Source of the DNA: Selaginella moellendorffii
Taxonomy: Eukaryota; Plantae; Lycopodiophyta
Direction: 5' to 3'
Length of the DNA: 64,000 nucleotides
Assembly: GCF_000143415.4 (NCBI RefSeq)
Contig: NW_003314270.1
Location: 395,961 to 459,960 of the forward strand
This document shows positions 25,861 through 39,470 of this stretch, piece by piece (positions within the stretch are counted from its first letter, which is position 1; every line of letters starts with the position of its first letter). A program made the translations under genes and the position numbers. The notes beneath the pieces were generated by a model, which was not told where the DNA came from, did not search any database, and saw only the letters and a program-made list of their open reading frames with translations.

Positions 25861-27206
25861 AATGCAAGAAGCAAAGGATGCTCCTAGCTCTTTAATTTCC
25901 AATATTGTCTCACTCCATCTTTTGTTTTCCACCCTCAGGCAATGCATCCCCTCTTTTATCTTTCTTTCTTTCTTGATTTTGGCCAATCCTTAGAGCATAT
26001 TTGAAGTCATCACAAAGCTACATTTGCATATTACACATTTATGAGCCGGAATTTAGATAATGGTTAAGCTATTTAGTATTCATTCTTTTTCTTCTATTTT
26101 TTATTCACTTTCCACACACTTTTTCTTTTACATTAGGGTCCAATTTGACTACAGGGTTTCTCATTGGGTTTCTCCTTATCTTCAAACTCTCATTGGTTTC
26201 TCATTGGTTCCTCCTTATCTTCAAACTCCACACCTACCTCTTTTCTTTCTTTTTCCACTTTGTTTTCTAGAGTGTCTATTAGGTCACATAGTTACCAGCA
26301 TTTGGCATCAGCATCAGAGGTATACTTTACACTCTTCGGAGGTGTCTCGCACGTTGGAGCCAATGCAATCCACCATGGTTGTATATTAGGGCATGGGAGA
26401 GAGTGAGAGAGAATATTCCAATTCCTAGAATATTCCTCATCCTCCTTGTATAAAACCTTTGCCCCACAAAGGCAAAAGAGGGGCATTTATGGAGAAGATT
26501 GGAGGATTTTTTCATGTTTGAGCAAGCGTTGGGAGAGTGCTCTTCATTTCCTCAACAGGATTTAAGTACTATAAGAAAGAATTGCATTGGATTTGCATAG
26601 GAGAAGCTTTGATGCTAGAAAAATCCATACTTTAAACAAAATAAAAACTCCATTGAATTACTAGTGGAGTTTTATGCAGTATTTAGAATAGAGTTATAAA
26701 AGAGATTTAGCTATCTTTCAAGTATTTGTGAGAAAAATTGACAGCTTGTAGCTTTAGGCTGTAGCTATATGCCATAATTGTGATTATCATTTAAATTTTA
26801 TAATTAAATCCAATCACTAATATTATAATGCATTTAGAAGATTTTTTCTCATGCTGTTACAAGTTACAAGCCACTCCAATCTAAGATTTCTAGAATCACA
26901 ATGCTATCTATGGTATACAACCTACAAGTGGGAAACCATGATTCTATATTGTGCAGAACATTTATCAATTACACAAAGAACACGTGGAAATTGAAAATAT
27001 ATACTATGTTCTCTTTCAGGTGTTTAGACCAATGCAGAGTCAGGCCCCACATAAATGATATTTCTTAACAATAGTTTTCCATAGTTCTAAGTATAAAAGT
27101 GGGTTAATTATCTTAAAATATTTATATCAAAGAATTAGAACTATAATTTAAATAGATTTTTTTAAAGTTTTAAAAATAAATAATAATATTAGTCTAAAAG
27201 ATTAAT

Positions 27207-28208
27207 ATGTTCTATAAAGGTTCAAAACAATTTTATATTTTTATCTTTCTATATTCATTAAATATATTTTTAATATTTGCAACACCTCCAATCACTATTC
27301 CTGTTCCAGCTAATGAGCCTACTATAATATATGCTAAAAATCCCTCTATCAATGTTAATCCCTTTACCCGCCTTATGAGACATGCTTTAACATATGTTTC
27401 TTCAAATTTTCTTAATAATCAAACATATCCATCTGGAATACGAAGTCTTGTTATCAGGTTCTACCAATCAGGATTCAATGTTACTGTAAATCTATATATC
27501 TTAGATCCTGGAGTAATTGGTCAAGAGAGTCTTATACAATATGATTGCACTACTGATCCAATAAATCAATTAGGCTTTCAAGGTAGTGAGGTGAGAACCA
27601 TTTTTGAAAGGATCCTAACATTCATTCGAACAAGAGCTGCAGCAGATATATATGGAATAACTTTTTATGGAGAAGTTCGTGTTGTTTTCCTCAATCTCAT
27701 GATTGACTATGAGATCACTATCCCACTTCCTAAGCTTCCCCAAGCTATATTAATACACATAAATATTACTGAAGACCATAAATCTAATATAATTCCACAG
27801 GTACAAATAACAGATCCACATAAAAATTGTTGGGCATTTTCAACCATACTAATTGGTCAGAAGGCTGATATTCTAGGCTCAACTATTGAAATTGAAAACA
27901 GTTTAACTTCACCAAATCGAAAATTCAGACTAACTTTGAAGAGTGATTGCAAGCTAAAATTGTATAGAATGGGGTATAGCATCCCACTTTGGATCAGTGA
28001 ACATAATTATAAGCCACATCAAGGTTGTTATGCACATTTACAGCAAGATGGAAATTTTGTTACTATGGCAGATAACAAAATTTATTGGGCTAGTAATAGG
28101 TATTGTATTCCACAACCTTCATGTAAAATCACAACAAAATTAGTTGTTAGTAATCATGGAAATATTATTATTTATTGGAAGGGCCAAGTTTTATGGAAAG
28201 CCTTGTGA
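27207..28208 (+). CDS. Intronless secreted protein, 333 aa: signal peptide, ~190-aa unknown domain, C-terminal bulb-type (GNA-like) mannose-binding lectin domain
   Basis: Intact ATG-TGA ORF in very AT-rich DNA. Hydrophobic N-terminus FYIFIFLYSLNIFLIFA. C-terminus LTSPNRKFRLTLKSDCKLKLY...LW...CYAHLQQDGNFV...YWASN...LVVSNHGNIIIY....LW is a B-lectin. TATAAAAG lies ~115 bp upstream. Confidence 0.85.
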   Translation: MFYKGSKQFYIFIFLYSLNIFLIFATPPITIPVPANEPTIIYAKNPSINVNPFTRLMRHALTYVSSNFLNNQTYPSGIRSLVIRFYQSGFNVTVNLYILDPGVIGQESLIQYDCTTDPINQLGFQGSEVRTIFERILTFIRTRAAADIYGITFYGEVRVVFLNLMIDYEITIPLPKLPQAILIHINITEDHKSNIIPQVQITDPHKNCWAFSTILIGQKADILGSTIEIENSLTSPNRKFRLTLKSDCKLKLYRMGYSIPLWISEHNYKPHQGCYAHLQQDGNFVTMADNKIYWASNRYCIPQPSCKITTKLVVSNHGNIIIYWKGQVLWKAL

Positions 28209-29358
28209 ACTATAAATTTAATTGATTTACCTCATTATGTTTGGCAGCAGCCTTTAAGCACTGTTAAAGCACCAAAAAGCATGACAAAGAGCATTTTTTA
28301 TTTAAACAGACTAATTTACTTTGTAATTGTATATGATACAAAATTGAGCTTCAAAGAAATGTATAGTATACTACTATAATGTTATGGCCAAAATGATATT
28401 GTTAAATTAGTATTTTAAAAAACTAGAGTTCTTGTGAATCTAGAGAGCAATAGAAAACACAAAAAGATGGGAAGTGGAAGGAGAAAGGAAGGGAATGTTC
28501 TTTTCTAAGAGTGTATTTAAATGTGTAAACTTAATAAAACAAGATATCATATTTAAGCAGATAGTACAACGAATAACATATATCTATATTTAATTCTGGA
28601 TTTACATAAGCTGTATAAAATATAGAACCCACTTGTGTATTCCTACCAGAAGGCAATGAGTGTTATAAAAATCTGATAAAAATTGAAGGTAAAATATCCA
28701 TATTTATTTGCATTAGAAGTGCTCCATTATCTCCATAATCCTCATAATGAAATATTTTTTGAGATAGAAAAATATGAAAAAGTAATTAATATGAAAAATG
28801 TATATTTCATTTATGAGAATGATTAGTATTTGTGATGCAATATTAATTGGATGGATTATTCAATCAAATCAAACAATCCATTTTGTATATATGATACTAT
28901 TTAGTATTGACATATTAATTTATAAATAAATCATCCAGTATTATAAAAGAAAAAATATAACATAAGTGGAGATGTTAATCACTCAGGATGCCTGGCGTGA
29001 TTTCCTACACTAGTACACCGACTTATACCTAAAGTGCACTACGGATCACATCTTAAGAATCTAGTTTCTTTGAACTGCCAAGTCTTTTTATTTGACAAGT
29101 TTGTAATCATGTATAAACTCTTCAATGCTTGGCCTCATAAACCACCCCTTTTGAAGTTAATATTTTCAATTAGGATCTTTGTTCCCCCCGACTTGCAAAT
29201 CTTACTTAGCAAGTCACTTGATTAGCATAACATAGTTTTATACAAAAGTGTGAAAGTCTTTAACTATCAACTTTCATTTAAAGCCATTTTTTCGAACACT
29301 CAGGAACTAGTTTCTTAACTTTAATAGTTTCACCTTATAGCAAACTTCAAGACCATTC

Positions 29359-32300
29359 TGTGAGACACAAAATCCCTAGGCCCCAAAGTGGAGCCGGAAG
29401 GGCGCCACATGGTAGTGGCCGAAGCGAGAGCCAAACGAGCGTAACACGTTTGGACCAAAAGCTCCGACTTGAAAAGTCAAGAGCGGGAGTGGAACTCCCA
29501 ATGAAGTGCTCGAGGAACGAGCACGAAGCGAGCAAAAGGCGAGGCTCCAAAAAGGGACCCAAAAGGACCAACACATGACACGTGGGAGTGTCCGAGATGG
29601 ACTCGAGTTGGAGTCCGAAGTGGAGTCCGAGGTGGACCCGAGATGGACCCGAGTTGGAGTCCGAAGTGGAGTCCGAGGTGGACCCGAGATGGAGTCCGAG
29701 ATGGAGTCTGAGATGGAGTCCGAGGTGGACCCGAGATGGACCCGAGTTGGAGTCCGAAGTGGAGTCCGAGATGGACCCGAGATGGAGTCCGAGATGGAGT
29801 CCGAGATGGAGTCCAAGGTGGACCCGAGATGGACCCGAAATGGAGTCCGAGATGGAGTCCGAGATGGAGTCCGAGATGGAGTCCGAGATGGACCCGAGAT
29901 GGACCCGAGATGGAGTCCGAGATGGAGTCTGAGATGGAGTCCGAGATGGAGTCCGAAGTCGAGACCGAGACCGGGACCGAGACCGAGACCGAGACCGAGA
30001 TCGGGACTGAGACCGAGACCGAGGCCAAGGCCGAGACCGAGCCCGAGCCTGAGTCCGAGTCCGAATCCGAATCCGAGTTCGAGTCCGAGTCCGAGTCCGA
30101 GTCTGGAGCCTGAGAGGGTGAAAGCCCAAAGCGTTCGTCTCCCAGACCCTGGGGGGTTTGGTGAGCTCCAAAAGTATAGTAGGGGGAGGACTGCAGTGGA
30201 GCCAGTTTGGCCAGGAAAGGCCAGTTTGGCCCAGGAAGGCCGGACCCAGTGTTGGGTGATGAGCTGCCCACTGGGAAGTCCAAGACTAGAGTGAACACGG
30301 ACCGACAAGCGGGGTAGCTTGGTGAAGTGTTCAAGAGCCGGCTCTAGTTCCCCCGGGAGATCGTCTGGCCGATGCTCCCAGTCCAAGTGTGGGTGGCACT
30401 ACCTACTTGGATACCAGGCGTGGCTCAACAGAACCTCGCTCTAAGCCCATGGCTAGAGCACCTAAAGGCGATAGGTGGGGAGAGTACCCAGGTGGCTCGC
30501 GTAAGGCCACGGTGTTCCGAAATGTTGTCCCAAAGGCCCAGACTGTGGAAAGGAAGAGGAGCAGTCCTCTGGGGTAGTGACCAAGGACACAGTCATGTGG
30601 TGAGGAAGTCCCAGGGGACCGTGGGACTTAGTGGTCGGGCCTGTGGGCCTCGATCCAGTGGCAGTGTTGGCAAACACAGCCAGGGGCAGAAAGGGACCTG
30701 GTAGGAACTGAGAAAGGGACTTTGGGGAAGGCAATTCCCCAGGTCTGTGGGCATCCTAAGGATGCTAAGGAGTGGATCTAGGATGACCACTCGTGGACAG
30801 ATGGCCCAGTCTTGGAGAGACGGGATTGTGATGCAAGTGGTATTGGACCACTAGTGCAGCAAAGGTGAATGGGCATGGCCTTAGCGTAACGGGCCGAGAT
30901 GTCAGTGGTACCTTTGGGTGTCGGTCTTGGGACTGGACACGTGGAGCACTTGGACCAGGTGCAAGTGTTGAATGGCATGGATGCCATTCTTGGGGCTAGC
31001 AAGTCCCAAGTCCTGAATTGGACTTATAGAGGTTGTGAATGAGACTCCTCCAAATGGTCGGAGGCATGGTTAAGTGATTAAAGTAGAATGGAAAAATTAG
31101 TCGCTTACAATTTGGTATCGGAGCAGTTCCTTAGTCCGACTTTTATTGGTGCTCAAGTATATCACCACTAGTGTTGGCATCGGAAGGTCCGAGGAGTGGG
31201 CCTATCCTTGAGGAGTAGCAAGTCTGGAAGACATGGCTCTCCATTACAGTTCATGTGTGAACTTGTAGACGAGGTGGTGGATAGAAAAGGGCCAATAATG
31301 GAACGACTTTGGGATCTTGGGAACAGTGCAAGGTTTTCCTCATTGAGTTGAGGATGTGATCCGGATGAGCATTTGTCTCAGCAAATTGGCTTAGGTTGTT
31401 GTGGTAAACAACTAAAGTTGGGATCACGGGAAAGATAGAGACTCCAAAACAATAAAGGAGTCACAAGATTATCCTCATATAGTTAAGGTTGGTGCTCATG
31501 AATGTGAGACCAAAGGTAATGACCGTGGAAGGTCAAATACGGAAGAGGACTCAAGTCCTTGAAATGGTAGCCGGGGCTACCTCTAATAAATGCTGGAACA
31601 ACCCAAGGAGTTGGGGGTGTATTAAGTGGATGAGTTGGTATTCTCATCACATGGACAAGTAGTCCTAAGGGGCAAAGGTTGCCCCCAGAGAACAAAATCA
31701 AGTGTCGGAGTAACACTTGTGAAAATAGTCCTTTTGAGTAGGACCGGAATGCAAGATGTGTATTCCAGTGAGCTAGTGCCTCACAAGTAGGACCTTACGG
31801 GTCGGTGGATTAACCAAGTCCAAAACTGCTAGACGACTCAAGTAGAGTCAAGGGATGGTCCTAAAAAGGACTGAATGAAGCATTTGGACTGAGGTGCGTT
31901 GTACCCCACAAAGGATGGGGGGGGATCATAGGATCCAAGGATGAGAATAGAGAGTATCTCATCGATGGCAAAATGTGCCATGCTAAAGTTATAGGAAAGG
32001 TGTTCCCAGAAGAAAACAACTTTGACATAAAGTTGTGTGTGACCTCTATGGGGCAGTGCTAACAGATGGTTGGCATGAGAAAGAGCGGTGTTGGTCTTGG
32101 CAAAGACTTAGACACGAATGAAAATGTCATAGAGGTAGGCTCGTGGAGCCGATGGTGTGGAGACACCAAATGTGCCAAGGTGTGATACCTTGAGGCTATG
32201 TTGGTGGGTTCATGAGAACCCCTTGCCAAAGGAATCCCAATGGAAATGGGAATGGCATAGCCTAAGCTGCAGAGCATGCAATTGGAGTGTGGTGACCCAG

Positions 32301-35300
32301 ATAGTGATGGAGGTGTGAAAGCACCAAGCAATGAGTTGTAGGACTTGACAACTATGAGGCAACTAAGCAAGAGGTGCAAAATAACTGGTTAAATGGGTAG
32401 AAGGTAGCTACCCAAGACTTCTAGTATAGGGAAGTCGGATATACCCTTACGGGGGATAAGTTGCTTATGTTGCGATATAGTAAGTCAATGTCATAAAAGG
32501 AAATACTCATTGTCAAGAAAGCCATCATTGGGACACCCGAACACTCTAGAACACCAGAAGGTGGTGTTTGATGTCGCAAGGGCAATGGATAAAGCCCAAG
32601 GGACTAAGTCCCTAGCGAATGATGGATAGAAGGTGCTATCCAAATGTCCAAGGTTGCGGAGACAGGAGAGGACTGTCTACCCAAGTTGGACAAAGCCAAA
32701 AATGGAATTTTGGCAAGGCTAGTGATGGGCATGTAAAGGCCCATAAGCAACAATGTAACCCCAGTGTGTGGGATTATAAGCTGAGCATACCCGGATTGAG
32801 GAACCACTCCCTGGGCTATTGGGTAGGTTCATCCCTAAGAATACTTGCTAAGGCATGATAGAAAGTGCAAAGCTATCCTCCTGGTCTGGAGGAGAATGAC
32901 CGAAGGAAAGGTGTGAAGCCAAAGGCAAGTAGTGTTGGGATGGAACTGAACCATAGAAATCAAAGGGCATATCCAACAGTGGTTATGAAAGTTGGGAGTG
33001 GAGAATCAAGAGGGTGCTCGAGGATGTTGTTGCTAGCAACCGTGATGCCATGGAGAGTCTAAAATATGGAATTGTCCATGTTAGACTATATGGCAACTAT
33101 AAAGCTTGCGAAAGGGGAGGCCTTAGCAAGCTGAGGGACAGAGTTCCTTCAAAGTTCCCAAAGACGATTCTAGGTAGCGTAGTACCTAGAAAGGCCAAGT
33201 GTAAATGGTTCATGGAACGCGCGAAATCAGAGTGGCGCAGCAGAAGCGTGGTCTTGAAGCTTGCCATGAGGCAAGGTTATCAAGGTTAGGGAAGTAGTTC
33301 CCGAGTGTTCAAAGAGAGGGCTTTGAACGAAAGTCGATGGTCAAGGACTTTCACGCTTATGCAGGAACCATGTTACAATGGTCGGAGGACTTGCCAAGTG
33401 AGATTGGCACGTCGGGGGAACAAAGACCCTAGTTGAAGGTGATATCTTCAAAAAGGGTGGGCCAGGGGGCCGAGCATGGAGGAGTCCATGCATGATCATA
33501 GACATGTCAAGTGAGAGGACTTGGCAGTGTTGAGGAACTAGGTTCCTAAGCTGTGATCTGTAGCGCGCTTTAAAAATAAGTTGGTGCACCGGCGTGGGGA
33601 GTCACGCCAGGCATCTAGTGTGATGCCGTCCATAGATGCATATACGGAGGTTGGGTTCGAGTCCCGACCCTCTAGTGCTTGGGTTCGAGTCCCAAATCAC
33701 TAGGGCGTGGTGATGGTTTGGAATATGAGGACACTCATATTTCGGTGGTCATGGACTCTCAGTGGGGAGACTGGTTTGGGCACACCGCCAAGCGAGGGAT
33801 GCCTCGGAGTCGTGATGCACGGTTAGATTGCTTAGTGTGAAAGCTCGGCATATCTAACTTGAACGCTTTGGTGCAAGTGGCACCAAGGTCGTGGTGAGTG
33901 AGATGGGGACACCTAATCTCAGTTGCTATGAACCCTTGGCCGTAAGGGCTAGCTTGGGTGCACCGCCAAGTGTGGGGGATGCCCCCGGGGTTATAGTCAA
34001 CAACTTGGAGGTCTAGAAGACCAAGTACCTCTTGGCAACTCTGTTAAGGTGCCAAGGTGAGATCACTAGGTGATCTTATGGCTAGATAAGGACAAGGTCC
34101 TTGGTTGGCTAAGGAATGAAGTTCCTGGTTCAAAATGTTGAAATTGAACTGTTTAAGATGGTGTGGCTTGGTCGCGATGACCAAGTGGGAAGAGCACCTA
34201 AGGGAAATAAACTATGTCCGTCCGATGGCATAGTGAGTCCGAGGAAAGTAGTCTCTATAAAAGACCCATGGGAGGGTCACGAAGTTGGGCCATGATAGAG
34301 CCCATAGCAGAATATGCTAAAGAGACATACTAGGGGTGAACATCCTCCGGACTTGGCAAAGAAGAGTCTTTGCTATGGAACCGAAAGGATACCTCAAAAA
34401 TGGAGGTAGCGATCCGATGTTGCTGGGTGCAACAATCAAGGATAGGAGCAAAGGACTAGTGGCCAAAGTTTGGGCCATGGAATTTAATGGAAGGGATCCA
34501 AATGGCAAAGTTAGCCAAGGAACACTAATGTGTTCGATGCTAACAGCTTGTGGGAAAGGAAGCGGACTTTCAAGGACGGATTCCTAAGTGCTCCAATTTG
34601 GCGAAGTAAAGGCTCCAAGTGAGGGAGCGGTAAGGTAGCCAAATGATAGGGCCATAGACAGCCCTAGCACAAGGTATGATAAATGGAACTTAGTGCCCAA
34701 GGTGACACGAAATAGAAGAGAGGATGATGGTGCCCTCAAGTAATGAACTTCCTAGGATAGGGAAGTGGAGTTGCACAATCTGTGCAATGCAAGGTGTTGG
34801 AGACACCTAGGAAATTGACTCCCAAAAAGTCAAAAGAGTAAAAGTTCCAAGGTGCAAACATTCAATAGATGGAAATTGAGACTACTCGAGGAGGAGTAGT
34901 GGGATTGACTTAGAGAAGGGTCTCTAAGAGGTTTAGCAAGAACTAAACCAATAAAATTGGAGAACCATTACATGTGGTCCAATCAATCTCTAAGTTGGAG
35001 AGACTACGCTCCTTAAAGGATGGACAAGGCATGGTGAGCCTTTGATGTCAAACCATAGACAAAGATTGGCTAGGTGCCAAGGATGGAAATGGTAACACGT
35101 GTGGGTGTTACTTTATGAAAGGGTTTACCGTTCGATGAGGACATCGAACTTCGTCTATGGGTGGTGGAGTTGTGAGACACAAAATCCCTAGGCCCCAAAG
35201 TGGAGCCGGAAGGGCGCCACATGGTAGTGGCCGAAGCGAGAGCCAAACGAGCGTAACACGTTTGGACCAAAAGCTCCGACTTGAAAAGTCAAGAGCGGGA

Positions 35301-36921
35301 GTGGAACTCCCAATGAAGTGCTCGAGGAACGAGCACGAAGCGAGCAAAAGGCGAGGCTCCAAAAAGGGACCCAAAAGGACCAACACATGACACGTGGGAG
35401 TGTCCGAGATGGACTCGAGTTGGAGTCCGAAGTGGAGTCCGAGGTGGACCCGAGATGGACCCGAGTTGGAGTCCGAAGTGGAGTCCGAGATGGACCCGAG
35501 ATGGAGTCCGAGATGGAGTCTGAGATGGAGTCCGAGGTGGACCCGAGATGGACCCGAGTTGGAGTCCGAAGTGGAGTCCGAGATGGACCCGAGATGGAGT
35601 CCGAGATGGAGTCCGAGATGGAGTCCAAGGTGGACCCGAGATGGACCCGAAATGGAGTCCGAGATGGAGTCCGAGATGGAGTCCGAGATGGAGTCCGAGA
35701 TGGACCCGAGATGGACCCGAGATGGAGTCCGAGATGGAGTCTGAGATGGAGTCCGAGATGGAGTCCGAAGTCGAGACCGAGACCGGGACCGAGACCGAGA
35801 CCGAGACCGAGATCGGGACTGAGACCGAGACCGAGGCCAAGGCCGAGACCGAGCCCGAGCCTGAGTCCGAGTCCGAATCCGAATCCGAGTTCGAGTCCGA
35901 GTCCGAGTCCGAGTCTGGAGCCTGAGAGGGTGAAAGCCCAAAGCGTTCGTCTCCCAGACCCTGGGGGGTTTGGTGAGCTCCAAAAGTATAGTAGGGGGAG
36001 GACTGCAGTGGAGCCAGTTTGGCCAGGAAAGGCCAGTTTGGCCCAGGAAGGCCGGACCCAGTGTTGGGTGATGAGCTGCCCACTGGGAAGTCCAAGACTA
36101 GAGTGAACACGGACCGACAAGCGGGGTAGCTTGGTGAAGTGTTCAAGAGCCGGCTCTAGTTCCCCCGGGAGATCGTCTGGCCGATGCTCCCAGTCCAAGT
36201 GTGGGTGGCACTACCTACTTGGATACCAGGCGTGGCTCAACAGAACCTCGCTCTAAGCCCATGGCTAGAGCACCTAAAGGCGATAGGTGGGGAGAGTACC
36301 CAGGTGGCTCGCGTAAGGCCACGGTGTTCCGAAATGTTGTCCCAAAGGCCCAGACTGTGGAAAGGAAGAGGAGCAGTCCTCTGGGGTAGTGACCAAGGAC
36401 ACAGTCATGTGGTGAGGAAGTCCCAGGGGACCGTGGGACTTAGTGGTCGGGCCTGTGGGCCTCGATCCAGTGGCAGTGTTGGCAAACACAGCCAGGGGCA
36501 GAAAGGGACCTGGTAGGAACTGAGAAAGGGACTTTGGGGAAGGCAATTCCCCAGGTCTGTGGGCATCCTAAGGATGCTAAGGAGTGGATCTAGGATGACC
36601 ACTCGTGGACAGATGGCCCAGTCTTGGAGAGACGGGATTGTGATGCAAGTGGTATTGGACCACTAGTGCAGCAAAGGTGAATGGGCATGGCCTTAGCGTA
36701 ACGGGCCGAGATGTCAGTGGTACCTTTGGGTGTCGGTCTTGGGACTGGACACGTGGAGCACTTGGACCAGGTGCAAGTGTTGAATGGCATGGATGCCATT
36801 CTTGGGGCTAGCAAGTCCCAAGTCCTGAATTGGACTTATAGAGGTTGTGAATGAGACTCCTCCAAATGGTCGGAGGCATGGTTAAGTGATTAAAGTAGAA
36901 TGGAAAAATTAGTCGCTTACA
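29359..36921 (+). mobile_element. Complete, very young non-autonomous LTR element (LARD, family B), 7563 bp
   Basis: LTRs 29359-31109 and 35171-36921 (1751 bp each, near-identical). PBS TGGTATCGGAGC (tRNA-Met), PPT ATGGGTGGTGGAGT, perfect TSD CATTC. The 4.06-kb interior has no ORF much above 100 aa. Confidence 0.95.
29590..30105. repeat. Minisatellite inside the B LTR (GAGATGGAGTCC / GAGATGGACCC, then GAGACC/GAGTCC hexamers)
   Basis: Seen directly. Repeated in every B LTR (about 19030-19810, 24060-24340, 35400-35915, 40040-40390, 63810-64000). Confidence 0.95.
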
Positions 36922-38320
36922 CATTCTTTTGCTATGCCACTTTAATTTTGCATATTCTTATGAACCATTTACACTTGCCTTTCTAAATACTAATTTACCT
37001 AGAATTGTTTTTGGGAACCTTGAAGGGATTTTATTTTTAATCTTGCTAAAACCTCTTCTTTTGTAAGCTTTTTTATTGCCATATGGTTTAACATGGACAA
37101 TTTTATACCTTAGACTCTTTATAGTACCATAATTGTCAGTAGCAACACCTTTAAACACCTATTTGATTCTCCATTCTCAATTTGCATAGCCATCATTAGT
37201 TATGCCCTTTAATTCCTATAGTTTGATTTTATCCCTTTATTACTTGTTTTTGACCTTATATATTCTTTTTAGTTGTTCTCCTTCTTTTTACCATACCTTA
37301 GTAAGTATTCTTAGGGATGAACCTACGCAATGACTTTATTATTTTGTTCTTTATTATTTATTTTTATAATTTTTATTTTTTCCTTATATTTAAAGCTATT
37401 CCATTATATGATGGCATATGTGTAGCTGTTATAGACAAATTTATTATGCACATAAACATATTTAATTTATATTTTGTGATTGTATGGATTATAATATTTG
37501 CATGGGATATACCACACCATGTGTGCAACTATATCATCTCCTCTCTTTTGAGTGATTCAATTCAATCTATAATCCATAAAGTTTGGTATATACAAGAAGT
37601 GCAAAGCATTGTAAGATTTTGTTCTGAGCAATTAATAAGTGACTTTTCTATTGTTTTCTTGGCCATAACCTGTATAGAGATTGATTCTTTGAAAGAATTT
37701 AAGGTGAGATTAAGTTCCTTGAGATTTTGGGGTGGTGGAGATACAAATCAATTGAAGTTGGTAGATTGTCATTTAGATCCAAGCAATTGATGTTTTGCAA
37801 TTGTGAAGGGATCTTGCTCAAGAGGATGTTGCTTTTGAGATTGTGCCAAGAGCCCTAGCATGGTAGTGATAGAAATTAGGCCTTGCTAGGCTACTAAGTG
37901 AGATTGACATTTTTGTTTGTAATACAGATTTTCTATTTTGACATTGCATGGTGATTAATTGTGTTGATCTTAGTATTAGGATGTTAGATGCTTTAGGACT
38001 ATTCTAATATTCCAACATATAAATTATCTTTACTACTAACATCTACAATAATTTTACAGATTATGGGTAATATTTTGTCAATATCGAACAAAAAGATCTT
38101 GTGGTCTTTCATAATACTTAATTATACAATGAGTATATATAATGAATAGGAATAATAATGAAAATAAATCAATATAGTAATTTATAATTGTTTCAAGTTA
38201 TTTTAAATAGTTATATTGAGATTAAATATTAAAAATATAAACATAGAAATATTTATAAATGGAGATATAAATAATATAACCCGATATTATAAATATTATA
38301 AATTTTCTTTTATATATTAT

Positions 38321-38496
38321 TGTGAGGTATAGATGTATATCTACAATGCTATATACTAATATTAACATAATGGAATTTTAATAGCCATTGGATTGGTTTC
38401 AATCTAGACGACTCATTTCTACATATAAACTAAGGTTTTCAAGTTAATTAAATATACACATTTCTATATTCCATTTTTATATTCCATGCACTCATA
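38321..38496 (+). mobile_element. Solo LTR of family D
   Basis: TGTGAGG...CATGCACTCATA, homologous to 4380-4532 and to the reverse complement of 14599-14774. Lies in AT-rich DNA. No clear TSD. Confidence 0.75.
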
Positions 38497-39284
38497 TTAG
38501 TGGATATAAGGGTAGTTTTGATTATCCCTTGCATTGTTTAGATCTTTTATATTATTGTAGTATTTTCCATTTCTTCTCTTTTGTTTTTCTTCTTTTCATT
38601 AATCTTTACTGTAGAGTTGTAGCTTCCTCCTCCTTTTACTCTAGAGTAATAATTAAAATTATGTGATTACAACTAAACAATCAAACTCAATTGATGGTGG
38701 CATTTATGACATATGGTGCATTTCCTTTTGTTTTTGCTACTAATCCTCATATCCAACTAAAGTTCTTCTGAGGGAATTGTACTATTGATTTAACCACTTT
38801 ATAATGATTGCCACCTATCATTCTTAGGATGATGTTTGGTGTCTACACAAGTTTCCCACATGTTTCCAACAAACAACATTGTGCATAGCCACTTGTGTGG
38901 AATGGAGCCTTGTCCCAGATGTCTTTAAGTGCACATGTTAATAATTATAATGATGCCTTTTGGTAATTACATTGTCTTTATTAAAGGTCATGAGTCAGTT
39001 ATACAATTTGGTGTTCACTTTTACAGTCTTTTGCTTCATGCAAAGCCAAATATGTTAGATAGGAATGTTTTAGCCAGTGCTTCATCAAATTTTATGGGAT
39101 TTACTTATGTATGTATTTGCTTTAGCCACCTTTAATGATGCTCTTCAACTGACACAATGCTATGAGATATCACCTCTCCCATATATCATTATATGTACTT
39201 CAACTCTAGAGATGATCTTATTCCATTGCAAGTTGATGCTATTACTCTTTGTATTCAAGGACAAGGGTGAGGACAAGATTATGG

Positions 39285-39470
39285 TGTAAGCTCCTAAATT
39301 TGAACTTCCCAAAATATCATTTAACTTAGTATTACTCAAACCCAAGGACACTTAACCCTAAGTATTCCAAGACATTGGAAAAGGGAATCCACTCTTATTT
39401 ATGGGTTTTTTCCCTTTATATTTAAATCTCTATGGATCATCTCTTGAGTCATTCTCTTTGGTTTCTTACA
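39285..39470 (-). mobile_element. Solo Cassandra LTR (degenerate)
   Basis: Reverse complement of the 19526-19719 LTR, TGTAAG...CTTACA, perfect TSD TATGG. Confidence 0.87.

Larger units (their letters stand above)
28980..37330 (-). mobile_element. Old, AT-eroded family B internal fragment (28980-29358 plus 36927-37330), split by the young B copy
   Basis: Both flanks are the reverse complement of ~32820-33620 and join across the CATTC TSD. Confidence 0.8.

Noticed and set aside
29347-30386. 262-336-aa ORFs (SRTPSR, MESE, GLHL repeats), duplicated at 35108-36198
   Set aside because: Products of the stop-poor LTR minisatellite, open in most frames on both strands, with no domain signal.
37317-37790. 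157-aa hydrophobic ORF
   Set aside because: Begins in a decayed B fragment and runs through low-complexity AT-rich DNA, with no recognisable family.
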